Below are positions 18,016 to 27,270 of a stretch of DNA of 28,898 nucleotides, one piece after another; the stretch's first letter is position 1, and each line of letters opens with the position of its first letter. The notes under the pieces were generated by a model. It searched no databases and was not told the origin of the DNA. It saw only the letters and a program-made list of their open reading frames with translations. This DNA comes from Candidatus Hydrogenedentota bacterium (GTDB lineage Bacteria; Hydrogenedentota; Hydrogenedentia; Hydrogenedentales; CAITNO01), in NCBI GenBank assembly GCA_022710255.1, contig JAKLHG010000001.1, positions 1 to 28,898 on the forward strand, read 5' to 3'. Both the position numbers and the translations under genes were made by a program.

Positions 18016-18075
18016 GGCTGTCCCACATTTTTTTTCGGCCCTGTACCCCACGCCCGCAAAAACTCTGGGACAGCC
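18016..18075. repeat. GGCTGTCCCA / TGGGACAGCC 10-bp inverted repeat
   Basis: Perfect IR at 18016-18025 and 18066-18075; related to the GGGACTG arms. Confidence 0.55.
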
Positions 18076-18403
18076 TCCGTCGTGATTCAGAATTAAGTAT
18101 TTCGCTCATGGTTTTGGCGTGCGCCGGAGGCAGTCCCATTTTTTGCTCAGATGTTGTTATTTTCCTTGGGTTGCGGGCACCGCTCGCGTTAGTAAGTTGT
18201 GGTATCGTTTTATGACGCACCTGGGAAGGTACGCCTACTAATGTGGCGCGCACATGCTTATGGGTAGTGTCCCGATAGTTCTACCGGCTTCAGGCAATAC
18301 CCGCGCGCGCCGCGGGCGGTGCGAACGCGGAGGCCTTTCCGGGCGGGTTCTATCCGGACACCGCCGTGCCAGTCTGTACGGAGCAGGGTAATGTTCACTT
18401 GGA

Positions 18404-18547
18404 CTCGTTACGAAATTGTATTTCGTAACGTACTTGCTCTTGAAGTTGCACTTCCTCTTCTTTGTTCCGTATTCGGGTTGATGATGCAAAGTTTGCGAAA
18501 TGCAATTTCGCGGACAAGTACATTCCCAAGTACAACTTGGGAACGAG
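18404..18547. repeat. Multi-hairpin REP/MITE-like element, copy 2 (complete, 144 bp)
   Basis: Termini CTCGTT...AACGAG; four hairpins with loops TTGTA, TTGCA, TGCAA, TACAA. Confidence 0.8.
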
Positions 18548-18795
18548 AGGCGGGGGAGAACGGGAGGTGCCTTGCTCTTGGGTTTGATACCGCGGCACCT
18601 TTATCTATATTCAGTTCAGCGAAGACTGGCAGGCAATTGAAAGCGTTCCGCTTCATCCGGCCTTCAATCATGATCCCGTTTAACTGTATGGTGTTATGAG
18701 ACACCCGGATATTCCCCGGTTGTACCCATCACGGTAGGCGGTTTCTACCTAATTATGCGACAATATCAAACACATTTATTATGAGAGGGTGTATC

Positions 18796-20601
18796 ATGCG
18801 ATTCTACGTCCCACTGCTGGCAGTAACCGTATTCCCAATGTTGATCGGCTTGTTATCAGCGCAAGCCGACCCGACCATCACGGTGGAAAACATCCGGAAA
18901 GCGCCGGGCGAAGTCCGGACAGCCGAAAACAGTTCATCCGCATCCATTTCTCTGGACCGCGCCTGGGAAGGCCCGGTGTGTGCTTCAAGGCTGACCAACA
19001 GGGGCAATGAGCCCGTACGTATCCGTGAAGTGGTCCTGTTCCATATTGCCCATTCGCTGCCTCCGGACACCGTTTTTTATGGCGAGGGATTTACCATGCT
19101 TTCCCAGACAGCGGGCACGCTGGGGCAGCCGGTTGATGTCGGCGGCTATACGGATCGCGGCCATTACAGGATTCCCCAGCCGGACGACGCTACGACGGTA
19201 TACGGCATGATGGTTCTGTCTCCGGAACAAGACGGGGATATCGTGCTTGGGTTCACTTCCTGTAACCGGTTTGTCGGCAAGTTCTATGTACGGTCCGATT
19301 CCATTGAAGCCGTTCTGGACACTGAAAATCTCCCACTGGCGCCAGGCGCTTCCTGGGAACTGGAACGCTTCTGGGCGGGTATCGGCGGCCATCACGAAAC
19401 ACTGCTGGAGGAGTTCGCCGGGCACATTGCCTCGAACCATCCGCCCCTGTTCAAGCCGCCGGTTCCGGCGGGATGGTGCTCCTGGTATTGCTTCGGGCCG
19501 AACGTCACCACCCGCAAAGTGGAACGCAACCTCAACTATATTGCCGAAACCCTTCCCGAACTGAACTATGTGCAGATAGACGACGGTTATCAGGCGGCCA
19601 TGGGCGACTGGCTGGACACGGGCAAGGCCTTTGGCGGCGGCATCCGCGAGGTTATCCGGCAGATACGGGAAACGGGACGGGAACCGGCCATCTGGGTCGC
19701 CCCGTTCATCGCGGAGGAGGCATCTAAAGTCTTCCGGGAACACCCGGACTGGTTCATCATGGACGCCGGGGGCCGCCCCCTGCGCTCCGATGCGGTTACC
19801 TTCGGCGGGTGGCGCAATGGCCCCTGGTATGCCCTTGACGGCACCGTCCCCGAAGCGCAACAGTACCTGGAATCCGTGTTCCGAACCATGCGCCAGGAAT
19901 GGGGATGCAGTTACTTTAAACTGGATGCCAATTTCTGGGGCGCCATGCACGGCGGCCGGTTTCACGACCCCGAAGCAACGCGCGTGGAAGCGTACCGCCG
20001 GGGCATGGCGGCAGTGCTGCGCGGCGCCGGTGATGGGTTCCTCCTGGGATGCAACCATCCGATGTGGCCCTCGCTGGGGCTGATACACGGGTCCCGCTCT
20101 TCCGGAGACACCGAACGGCGCAGGGAGACCATGGAACACGTCGCGCGGGAGACGTTCCACCGCAATTGGCAGAATGGCCGGCTTTGGTGGAACGATCCTG
20201 ACTGCGTCCTGTTGACCGGCGGACTTGCCGACCATGAATTTATGTTTCATGCTGCGGCGATTTACGCCTCGGGCGGCATGGTGCTGTCTGGTGACGACCT
20301 GCCCCGCATCTCTCCGGAGCGGCTGCAGGTGCTCCGCAAGCTGGTCCCGCCCACGGGCGTTGCCGCCCGGTTCGAGGACCATTCATTTCAAATCGGACGG
20401 ATAATGTTGCCGGACCGTGAAGTAATGTGCATCTTCAACTGGACGGACGAGCTGCAGACCGTTCTCGTGCCCGTCGGCACGGCCCGCAGCATCACCGATT
20501 TCTGGTCCGGGGAAGCATTGCCAAGCAGAGAAGGTCTGGTCGAACTTAGCGACTTGCCACCCCATACCGCCCGGCTATTGTCCTGTGCACGGGAACAATA
20601 G
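18796..20601 (+). CDS. Secreted alpha-galactosidase-like glycoside hydrolase, GH36/melibiase family
   Basis: Signal peptide; GWCSWY, YVQIDDGYQ, PAIWVAPF, YFKLDAN (nucleophile), RSSGD (acid/base), WWNDPDC. Start moved to ATG 18796 behind GAGAGGG; 18781 is an alternative. Confidence 0.88.
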   Translation: MRFYVPLLAVTVFPMLIGLLSAQADPTITVENIRKAPGEVRTAENSSSASISLDRAWEGPVCASRLTNRGNEPVRIREVVLFHIAHSLPPDTVFYGEGFTMLSQTAGTLGQPVDVGGYTDRGHYRIPQPDDATTVYGMMVLSPEQDGDIVLGFTSCNRFVGKFYVRSDSIEAVLDTENLPLAPGASWELERFWAGIGGHHETLLEEFAGHIASNHPPLFKPPVPAGWCSWYCFGPNVTTRKVERNLNYIAETLPELNYVQIDDGYQAAMGDWLDTGKAFGGGIREVIRQIRETGREPAIWVAPFIAEEASKVFREHPDWFIMDAGGRPLRSDAVTFGGWRNGPWYALDGTVPEAQQYLESVFRTMRQEWGCSYFKLDANFWGAMHGGRFHDPEATRVEAYRRGMAAVLRGAGDGFLLGCNHPMWPSLGLIHGSRSSGDTERRRETMEHVARETFHRNWQNGRLWWNDPDCVLLTGGLADHEFMFHAAAIYASGGMVLSGDDLPRISPERLQVLRKLVPPTGVAARFEDHSFQIGRIMLPDREVMCIFNWTDELQTVLVPVGTARSITDFWSGEALPSREGLVELSDLPPHTARLLSCAREQ

Positions 20602-20745
20602 TTTTCACAAAGATCATACCCGGTTTGCAGGCTATGAAAGTCGCATCTACCCTCACCGAATGCAAACAGTGTTACAGGAACTGAAATTGTACTGGCAGGT
20701 AACATACTGCCCGGGGACCGGTGGAACGTGGATATGCGGAAACTA

Positions 20746-22632
20746 TTATTCTTCCTTGGCGGTATCCAGGGGCAGTTCTTTCCAGAGACCGTCTTTGCCA
20801 ATGTAGAGAATGCCCATGTCGCGCCAGAAATTGAGGCGGGCGAGGGTGTGCGCTATCAGGGCTGAGGTAAGACTGTTCTGGGATTGAATCAAATCATCCT
20901 GAGCATCCACCTGGTCCTGGGCGGTGGCGAGGCCGAGTTCGGAGAGGAGTTGCTGTTCTTCCACGCGGCGCTCGCTCAGTTTGACGCTTTCGAGGGCGAC
21001 CCGGTAGTTGTTTTGGGCCTGCTCCAGGTTGCGCCAGGCGGCGCGCACTTCGAGCTTGATATTGTCTTCCGCGAGGGTGCTGTTGCGCAGACTGCGCTCC
21101 AGGTCGATCAGGGCAGCGCGGTAGGCATTGCGTTCCTGCTTTTTGTCCAGGGCTGGATCGAGGTCCAGGCCGATGTTCCAGTCCATACGGTTGAAGTCCA
21201 GGTCGGCGGGATTGTTTTCTTCCGTGCTGCTTACCAGGGCGTCAGCAACGATGTCCAATCCCGGCTTGAGCGCGTTGGCGGCGACCCGCACGCGCCGCCG
21301 GGCGTCGTCCACGCGATCTTTCTCATTGTACAAGTCGAGGCGCGACACCAACGCCACCTGGGTGGCATCTTCGAGCGCTACCGAGGGATGGTTCAACCCC
21401 TGGGTGCGCAGGCGCTCCATCTCGCGGTTATCCAGAACGATGGGCGTATCGGTGGACAGGCCGAGGAGGATTTTAAATTCGTCCAGTTCTTCCTGGTAGC
21501 GGCGCGCGGCGTTGACATATTCATTTTCGTTGTTCAACCGGAACTGTTCCATACGCCCGAGTTCCGCCTGAGTGCGCAACCCTTCCTGGGCAAAGGCACG
21601 TTCCCGTTCCACATTCATCATGAAGTTCTGAAGGCTGGTCCAGTTGTTGCGCACGATATCGCGCTGACGCAGTACGCTGTAATAGGCCGAACACACATTT
21701 ACCGTGAAGGTCTTCCGGTAATGGGTAAACTCGCGCAATGCGTACAATACGTCCCGTTCTGCCTGGGTCAGTCGTTCGGCAGCGATATCGCGCCCGGCGC
21801 CCCGCAACAGGGGCTGGGCGACGGTCAGTTCCAGGACGGATGCCGATGCTTCCCGGGGGTCACCGGTCAGGAAACGCAGGAAGTTGGTGGTCAGGGATGC
21901 GGCGATGCGCCCGCCGCCGCGCATCAGGCGGCTGACATTCAGCGAGGTATTCCCGGTGACCCGCCGCTCCTCGACCAGTTGGGTGGCGGGTTCATCCAGG
22001 CCCGCCGCTTCGCCGGCCGATTCCAGGAGCCCGGCGTAGGCCCGGAGAAGCTCCGATTGTGAACCCGTCAATTGCTCCAGTTCTCCGACAATGGCGCCAA
22101 CCCCGGCCATGGTCTCCGGGAAAAGGGAAGGAACCGTTTGGTCCTTGGCGGACCTTTGAAGAGCGGTCGCGGCACTCCCGGAAAAGATGGGCGTATACTG
22201 GTGCCGGTCAAGGGTCAGAGCGAGGGCTTCCAGGTACAGGCTTTCCTTGGCATTTTGATATCCGCGATTGCGCTGTACCGCCAGCATAATGGCGTTCTCC
22301 AGAGAGAGGATGGAACTGCCCGCCGGTTCCGTAACGGCTTCACCGAGGCCGGTATCGGGTTCCTCGGTCCTGGGCAGGCTCTCCAGTGCCAGGGGACTGT
22401 CCACCGCGTTCAGGGAGAACTCGGCCTCCGCGCCCGGCACATCAGGGCTTTTTTCTTCAAGAATGCCATAGGCCTCGGCATCGGCCCGCTCCCGGTTTGC
22501 CGTGGTGGAACACCCCGAAAGCACCAGGAGGAACGTCAGCCCGGCCGCAGGCAGCACGCCTGAAAGGCGTCTCCCTGGCAGGAGGGGATGGTTCCGGCTA
22601 TAGCCGGGCACTGGTGGCAGCCGTAACGTCAT
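20746..22632 (-). CDS. TolC / outer-membrane efflux family lipoprotein
   Basis: Lipobox-like LVLSGC; LSLENAIMLAVQRNR, LTVAQPLLRGAG, EVRAAWRNL, ERRVEEQ..L..LG.AT..D...AQ; start probably ATG 22632. Confidence 0.85.
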   Translation of the reverse strand: MTLRLPPVPGYSRNHPLLPGRRLSGVLPAAGLTFLLVLSGCSTTANRERADAEAYGILEEKSPDVPGAEAEFSLNAVDSPLALESLPRTEEPDTGLGEAVTEPAGSSILSLENAIMLAVQRNRGYQNAKESLYLEALALTLDRHQYTPIFSGSAATALQRSAKDQTVPSLFPETMAGVGAIVGELEQLTGSQSELLRAYAGLLESAGEAAGLDEPATQLVEERRVTGNTSLNVSRLMRGGGRIAASLTTNFLRFLTGDPREASASVLELTVAQPLLRGAGRDIAAERLTQAERDVLYALREFTHYRKTFTVNVCSAYYSVLRQRDIVRNNWTSLQNFMMNVERERAFAQEGLRTQAELGRMEQFRLNNENEYVNAARRYQEELDEFKILLGLSTDTPIVLDNREMERLRTQGLNHPSVALEDATQVALVSRLDLYNEKDRVDDARRRVRVAANALKPGLDIVADALVSSTEENNPADLDFNRMDWNIGLDLDPALDKKQERNAYRAALIDLERSLRNSTLAEDNIKLEVRAAWRNLEQAQNNYRVALESVKLSERRVEEQQLLSELGLATAQDQVDAQDDLIQSQNSLTSALIAHTLARLNFWRDMGILYIGKDGLWKELPLDTAKEE

Positions 22633-22732
22633 GAAACAAGTCCGGGAAGTTGGATTCCCGCGCGCATGCAATGGGAACCGCAAAAAACAAACTTCTTCTT
22701 GTATCTAGTCCTGTTATTGAGGAAACAGGCCA

Positions 22733-25700
22733 TTAATAGACCTCCCGTTTCGCGTCCTGGTTTCCCTGGCGTCGCGGAAAACGTTTCCGGGAATCCTCGC
22801 GAAGAGCGGGTTGTCTGTGGCTGGGCAGGCCGGCGCCGGCGGAGATAAAATAAGCACCCTCTCCAAGCAGCGCTTCGACCTGGTCTTGAAGTTCAGGTGA
22901 GGGACGTACCATGCAGGCACTTGTGGCATGCAGGATTATTTCGCCATAAGAAGCATTAAGGCAATGAACATAAACATCGCAATCGCCCCGGGCGCCTCCC
23001 AGCAGCACGGCAAGGGCGTGCGCGGTCTCCGGGTTTTGTTGTTCCGGTTTCAGCCGGACGTGTACGGCGGTACCCAGCGCTTTCTCCGCCTCGTTTATGG
23101 GGAAGATGCCTTCCGCGATAAGCGTATGCTTGTCTTCCCGTATGTTCACGGTGGCCTTGCAGGCAATGATGCCGTCCGCCACGAGGAGGTCTTTCGTTTC
23201 CGCGTACAGTTTGGGAAAGACGGTCGCTTCGCAGGGCCCCTGGAGCGTTTCCAGTGTCAGAAACGCCATGGGCTCGTTCTTTCTGCTGTAAATTTTTTTG
23301 TGCTCCGTGATGAGACCGCAAACATTCACAATCTCCCCGTCGGTCCGTTCCTCGAAACTGCCCAGGTCCAGGGTGCTCATCCGGCGTATAAGCACGGCAT
23401 GCCGCCGCAGGGGATGGCCCGTGACATAAAGACCGAGCATCTCTTTTTCATAGGCCAGCAACTCCTCCTCGGGCCATTCGGGCAAGTCGGGTCTGACCTG
23501 GGAAGTGTCGAAGACATCATCGGCGCCTTCCATTTCAAAAAGAGAAGTCTGTCCCGCTTCCCGCTCCTTTTGAAGGGACAGGCCCAGTTGAATGGCCTGC
23601 ACGATGACCTCGCAGACCTGGCGACGGTTCCACCCGGTACTGCCGAAGGCACCCGCCTTGTTCAGGCTTTCGATGACCCGGGCATTAACATTCTGGCCGC
23701 TGATGCGGGTGCAGAAATCAAAAATGTCCTGGTAGGGGCCGTTCTTTTCCCGGTCGGCCACAATGGCGTTGCAGGGCACTTCCCCCAGATTTTTTATGGC
23801 GCTCAGTCCAAAGCGGATGGCCTGGTCTTCCACGGTGAAAAGAACCTCGCTGTGGTTGATGTCCGGCGCGAGTACGTTAATCCCGAGCCGGTTGCACTCT
23901 TCCACGTATAAGGCCGTCTTTTTAAGATCGCCCGATTCGCTGATGAGCAGGGCGCACATGAATTCCACGGGATAATGCGCCTTGAGATAGGCGGTCTGAT
24001 AGGCGATAATGGCGTAGGCCATGCTGTGGGATTTATTAAAGCCGTACCCTGAAAACATTTCAATGCGCGCCCACAAATCCTCACCCAGGGCGGCATCGAT
24101 GCCGTTTGCCGCGCATCCCGCCAGGAAATCCGGTTTTTGGGCGTTCAGCAAGTCGTCGTTTTTCTTGGACATGGCGCGGCGCACGATATCGGCCCGGCCC
24201 AGGCTGAACCCGCCGCACACCTGCACAATCTGCATGACCTGCTCCTGATACACGGAAACACCGTAGGTTTCCCTGAGGATGGGTTTGAGCATGGGCGGGT
24301 TGTATACGATAGCCTCCGGGTTTCGTTTATTCTCGATATAGGTGTCGATATACTCCATCGGCCCCGGGCGATACAGGGCGACCAGGGCGTTTATCTCCTC
24401 GATATTTTCGAGGCCGATGCGTTTTGCCACATCGCGCATGCCCGCACTTTCCAGCTGAAACACGCCTGCCGTATCGCCGCTGCGCAGCAGCGCATAGGTT
24501 TTTTCGTCTTCCAGGTCCAGGTTGTCCATATCCAGGGCAACCCCCTGGTGTTTATTAATCAGGCGCACCGCCTCATTCAACATGGTCAGGGTCCGCAGGC
24601 CGAGGATGTCCATTTTGAGCAGGCCGATTTTTTCCACACCCTTCATCTCAACCTGGGTGGTTACCGTATCGGCGCCCGCGGGCTTGAACAGGGCGATATG
24701 GTCCGTAAGCGGATGGTCGCAGAGCACCACGCCCGCCGCGTGCTTGCCGTAACTGTAGATGGTCCCTTCAAGCCGCAACGCCATTTTCCACAGGTGGGCG
24801 ATTTGTTTGTCCTGTGCAATGAGCTGTTGGAGCTCGGCTTCACTCTTATAGGCTTTGTCGAGCGTCACGTTCAGGATGTTGGGGATTAACGCGGCAATCC
24901 GGTTGGCTTCGGCAATGGGCATGTCCATCACGCGCGCAACGCTGCGGACCACGTTCTTCGCCATCATGCGGCCGAAGGTCACGATCTGGCTGACGCAGTC
25001 GGCGCCGTATTTCTTGCGGGAATACTCCAGCAGTTCCTCGCGGCGGTTCATGCAGAAATCGATGTCGATATCGGGCATGCTCACGCGCTCAGGATTCAGG
25101 AACCGTTCAAAAAGCAGCTTGTAGCGCAGGGGATCGAGATTGGTAATGCCCAGGGCATACGCGACGAGGCACCCGGCGCCGGAACCGCGGCCCGGACCCA
25201 CGGGAATCCCCGACTGGCGCGCATAGTGGACCAGATCCCAGACGACCAGGAAATAATCCACAAAGCCCATGCTGATGATAACGCCCAACTCGTATTCCAC
25301 CCGTTCGACGGCGGCGGAAGGCAGCGGCGTCCCATAGCGTTTCTGCAACCCCTCATACACCCGTTCCCGAAGATAGGCCTCCTTGTCCTGCCCGTCGGGC
25401 ACCGGGTAGCTTGGAATGAGTTTCAGGCCGGTGGGCACGGTGGCGTTGCAGCGTTCCGCGATAAGCACGGTATTGGTTACGGCCTCGGGCCACCGCGCAA
25501 AGCACCCTTTCATCTCAGCAGCATTGCGAAAATAAAACTCGTCGTTGGGCAGCCGCATCCGGTCCGTATCCTGCAAGGTCTTCTTGGTTTGCAGACAGAG
25601 CAGAATATCGTGGGCTTCCGAATCCGACCGGTCGAGGTAGTGGCTGTCATTGGTGGCGATGACGGGTACTTTACGTTTCTGCGCCAGGTCATACAGCAGC

Positions 25701-26269
25701 GGGTTCACCTGGTTTTCTTCAGGCATGCCGTGATTCATCATCTCTACACATACGTTATCCGGCCCGAAAATGCCGATGTACTGGTCCAGCGTCTTTTCCG
25801 CTTCTTCCGGCTGTCCCGCCAGCAACATGCGGGGAACGCGTCCGTTAAGGCAGGCCGTCGCCGCAATCAACCCCTCATGATGTTCTTCCAGCAGCGCGAT
25901 ATCGACGCGCGGTTTATAGTGCCAGCCTTCCAGATGGGCCTGCGTACTCAGCTTGCACAGATTGTGGTAGCCCTGTTCGTTCTCGCACAGGAGCAGAAGG
26001 TGGTTGCTGGCTTCCTTGCCGCTTTTGGCCGATTTATCGAACCGGTTTGTGGGCGCCACGTATACTTCGCACCCCAAAATGGGTTTGATGCCTTTCTTCT
26101 TGGCCTCCTGGCAGAACTCAAGCAACCCGAACACCGTTCCGTGGTCCGTCACAGCGCACGCCGGCATATCATATTGCGCGCAGCGCTTGACCAATTCCTC
26201 GGGCTTGGTCAAGCCGTCCAGCAGGCTGAAATGACTGTGCAGATGAAGGTGTACAAAATCAGTGCTCAT
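22733..26269 (-). CDS. dnaE: DNA polymerase III alpha subunit
   Basis: PHP HLHLHSHFSLLDG; GRGSGAG; FERFLNPERVSMPDIDIDF; LLKMDILGLRTL; YGFNKSHS; OB-fold; no intein. Confidence 0.98.
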   Translation of the reverse strand: MSTDFVHLHLHSHFSLLDGLTKPEELVKRCAQYDMPACAVTDHGTVFGLLEFCQEAKKKGIKPILGCEVYVAPTNRFDKSAKSGKEASNHLLLLCENEQGYHNLCKLSTQAHLEGWHYKPRVDIALLEEHHEGLIAATACLNGRVPRMLLAGQPEEAEKTLDQYIGIFGPDNVCVEMMNHGMPEENQVNPLLYDLAQKRKVPVIATNDSHYLDRSDSEAHDILLCLQTKKTLQDTDRMRLPNDEFYFRNAAEMKGCFARWPEAVTNTVLIAERCNATVPTGLKLIPSYPVPDGQDKEAYLRERVYEGLQKRYGTPLPSAAVERVEYELGVIISMGFVDYFLVVWDLVHYARQSGIPVGPGRGSGAGCLVAYALGITNLDPLRYKLLFERFLNPERVSMPDIDIDFCMNRREELLEYSRKKYGADCVSQIVTFGRMMAKNVVRSVARVMDMPIAEANRIAALIPNILNVTLDKAYKSEAELQQLIAQDKQIAHLWKMALRLEGTIYSYGKHAAGVVLCDHPLTDHIALFKPAGADTVTTQVEMKGVEKIGLLKMDILGLRTLTMLNEAVRLINKHQGVALDMDNLDLEDEKTYALLRSGDTAGVFQLESAGMRDVAKRIGLENIEEINALVALYRPGPMEYIDTYIENKRNPEAIVYNPPMLKPILRETYGVSVYQEQVMQIVQVCGGFSLGRADIVRRAMSKKNDDLLNAQKPDFLAGCAANGIDAALGEDLWARIEMFSGYGFNKSHSMAYAIIAYQTAYLKAHYPVEFMCALLISESGDLKKTALYVEECNRLGINVLAPDINHSEVLFTVEDQAIRFGLSAIKNLGEVPCNAIVADREKNGPYQDIFDFCTRISGQNVNARVIESLNKAGAFGSTGWNRRQVCEVIVQAIQLGLSLQKEREAGQTSLFEMEGADDVFDTSQVRPDLPEWPEEELLAYEKEMLGLYVTGHPLRRHAVLIRRMSTLDLGSFEERTDGEIVNVCGLITEHKKIYSRKNEPMAFLTLETLQGPCEATVFPKLYAETKDLLVADGIIACKATVNIREDKHTLIAEGIFPINEAEKALGTAVHVRLKPEQQNPETAHALAVLLGGARGDCDVYVHCLNASYGEIILHATSACMVRPSPELQDQVEALLGEGAYFISAGAGLPSHRQPALREDSRKRFPRRQGNQDAKREVY

Positions 26270-26756
26270 GTCCCGCCCCTTCCATTACTTCAAGCAACAA
26301 TGCCAAGGCCGCTTCCGCAGTTTGCGCTTTGACGGCATCGCGGTCCCCGGCAAAGCGCTCCCGCCGGACACGCAGCGCCGCCGGGCCTGCCGCCGCCAGG
26401 CACACCGTGCCCACAGGCTTTTCCGGCGTCCCGCCGCCCGGCCCGGCGATGCCCGTAACCGCCACGGAAAAATCCGCGCCGAACCGTTCCCGGGCACCCA
26501 GCGCCATAGCCTCGGCCACCGCTTCCGAAACCGCACCCGCCGCCGCCAGCGCTTCTTTGGGAACCCCCAGCAACCCTGTTTTTATGGCGTTGGCATACGC
26601 GGTGATACCGCCCAAAAATATGGCCGACGCTCCGGGAACGTTCGTAATGCGATGGGATATAAGACCGCCCGTACAAGACTCCGCGGTGGCCACGGTGCAC
26701 CTGTCCCGGATACACCGCGACACAACCAACGCTTCCAAAGAAACACCCTGATTCAT
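26259..26756 (-). CDS. cinA: CinA C-terminal domain protein (nicotinamide-nucleotide amidohydrolase, PncC-like)
   Basis: VATAESCTGGLI, PGAS..F.GG..AY.N..K, GAVSE.VA..MA.G, VTGIAGPGGGTPEKPVGTV; 11-nt overlap with dnaE. Confidence 0.9.
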   Translation of the reverse strand: MNQGVSLEALVVSRCIRDRCTVATAESCTGGLISHRITNVPGASAIFLGGITAYANAIKTGLLGVPKEALAAAGAVSEAVAEAMALGARERFGADFSVAVTGIAGPGGGTPEKPVGTVCLAAAGPAALRVRRERFAGDRDAVKAQTAEAALALLLEVMEGAGHEH

Positions 26757-27270
26757 ATCCTGAAATCCCCTTTTAAAGGCTTGGTAACATTAGATTGACC
26801 GCCATCACCGCCCTTGGCAAACCCGTCCAGCCCGACGCATCCGGCCGGTCCGGGGCTTATTGTGCCACATTCCACGTCCTCGGCGGTAGCCCGGTTACAG
26901 CGGGTTTTCCGGCCCCTATTCTCGCGGTATTTCGGTCATCAGCATAGCCACAGCCAAAATCCCAACGTCCTCGCCAATGCATCATGAACCTTTTTTACCC
27001 TGAAAACGGCCCCCTTCCAGGACCAACTGCCGGGCCCCGCGCCTTGAATGCCCTTCGACAGCGGTTGCAGTTTTAATGTCTTTATGCTATACTGAGATGG
27101 ATAAAGTGGAATAATAACCTTTTTATTTTTGTTGATTACTAGCACATTAGGTACTCTTTTTCGCCCGCATGGGGCACAACAGGGGTGGTAACTGTACCGG
27201 GGCAGAACTGTATAGTAGATACAGCCGTGGCCACGGGGTGCTGACAATACCACCATTGCGGAGTGCATTT

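Larger units (their letters stand above)
17438..18238. repeat. Long-range nested inverted-repeat structure (family-A REP arms enclosing GGGACTG arms)
   Basis: 17438-17464 vs reverse complement of 18214-18238 (2 mismatches plus a 2-nt indel); AAAAAATGGGACTG 17534-17547 / CAGTCCCATTTTTT 18131-18144 (perfect 14 bp). Confidence 0.7.

Noticed and set aside
17046-18704. ORF-track proteins in the repeat zone (for example 17046-17351, 17692-17916, 17853-18215, 18319-18699, 18408-18704)
   Set aside because: They are translations of palindromic or hexamer repeats (such as TTTITSTSTS) with no convincing SD or domain signal.
16036-18780. CRISPR array
   Set aside because: The repeats are inverted pairs from different families, not a constant direct repeat with regular unique spacers; no cas genes are present.
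11026-18780. Retron, DGR or prophage in the accessory region
   Set aside because: No reverse transcriptase, integrase or phage structural gene motifs were found.
2572-20601. Genome-wide TAG reassignment (code 15 or pyrrolysine) as the explanation for the in-frame ambers
   Set aside because: TAG ends ribE, ribH, the M28 peptidase, the helicase and the GH36 gene at their natural C-termini, and no pyl genes or suppressor tRNA are in the window.
22733-26269. Intein or split in dnaE
   Set aside because: The 1178-aa protein is collinear with ordinary DnaE; no intein block or LAGLIDADG motif was seen.
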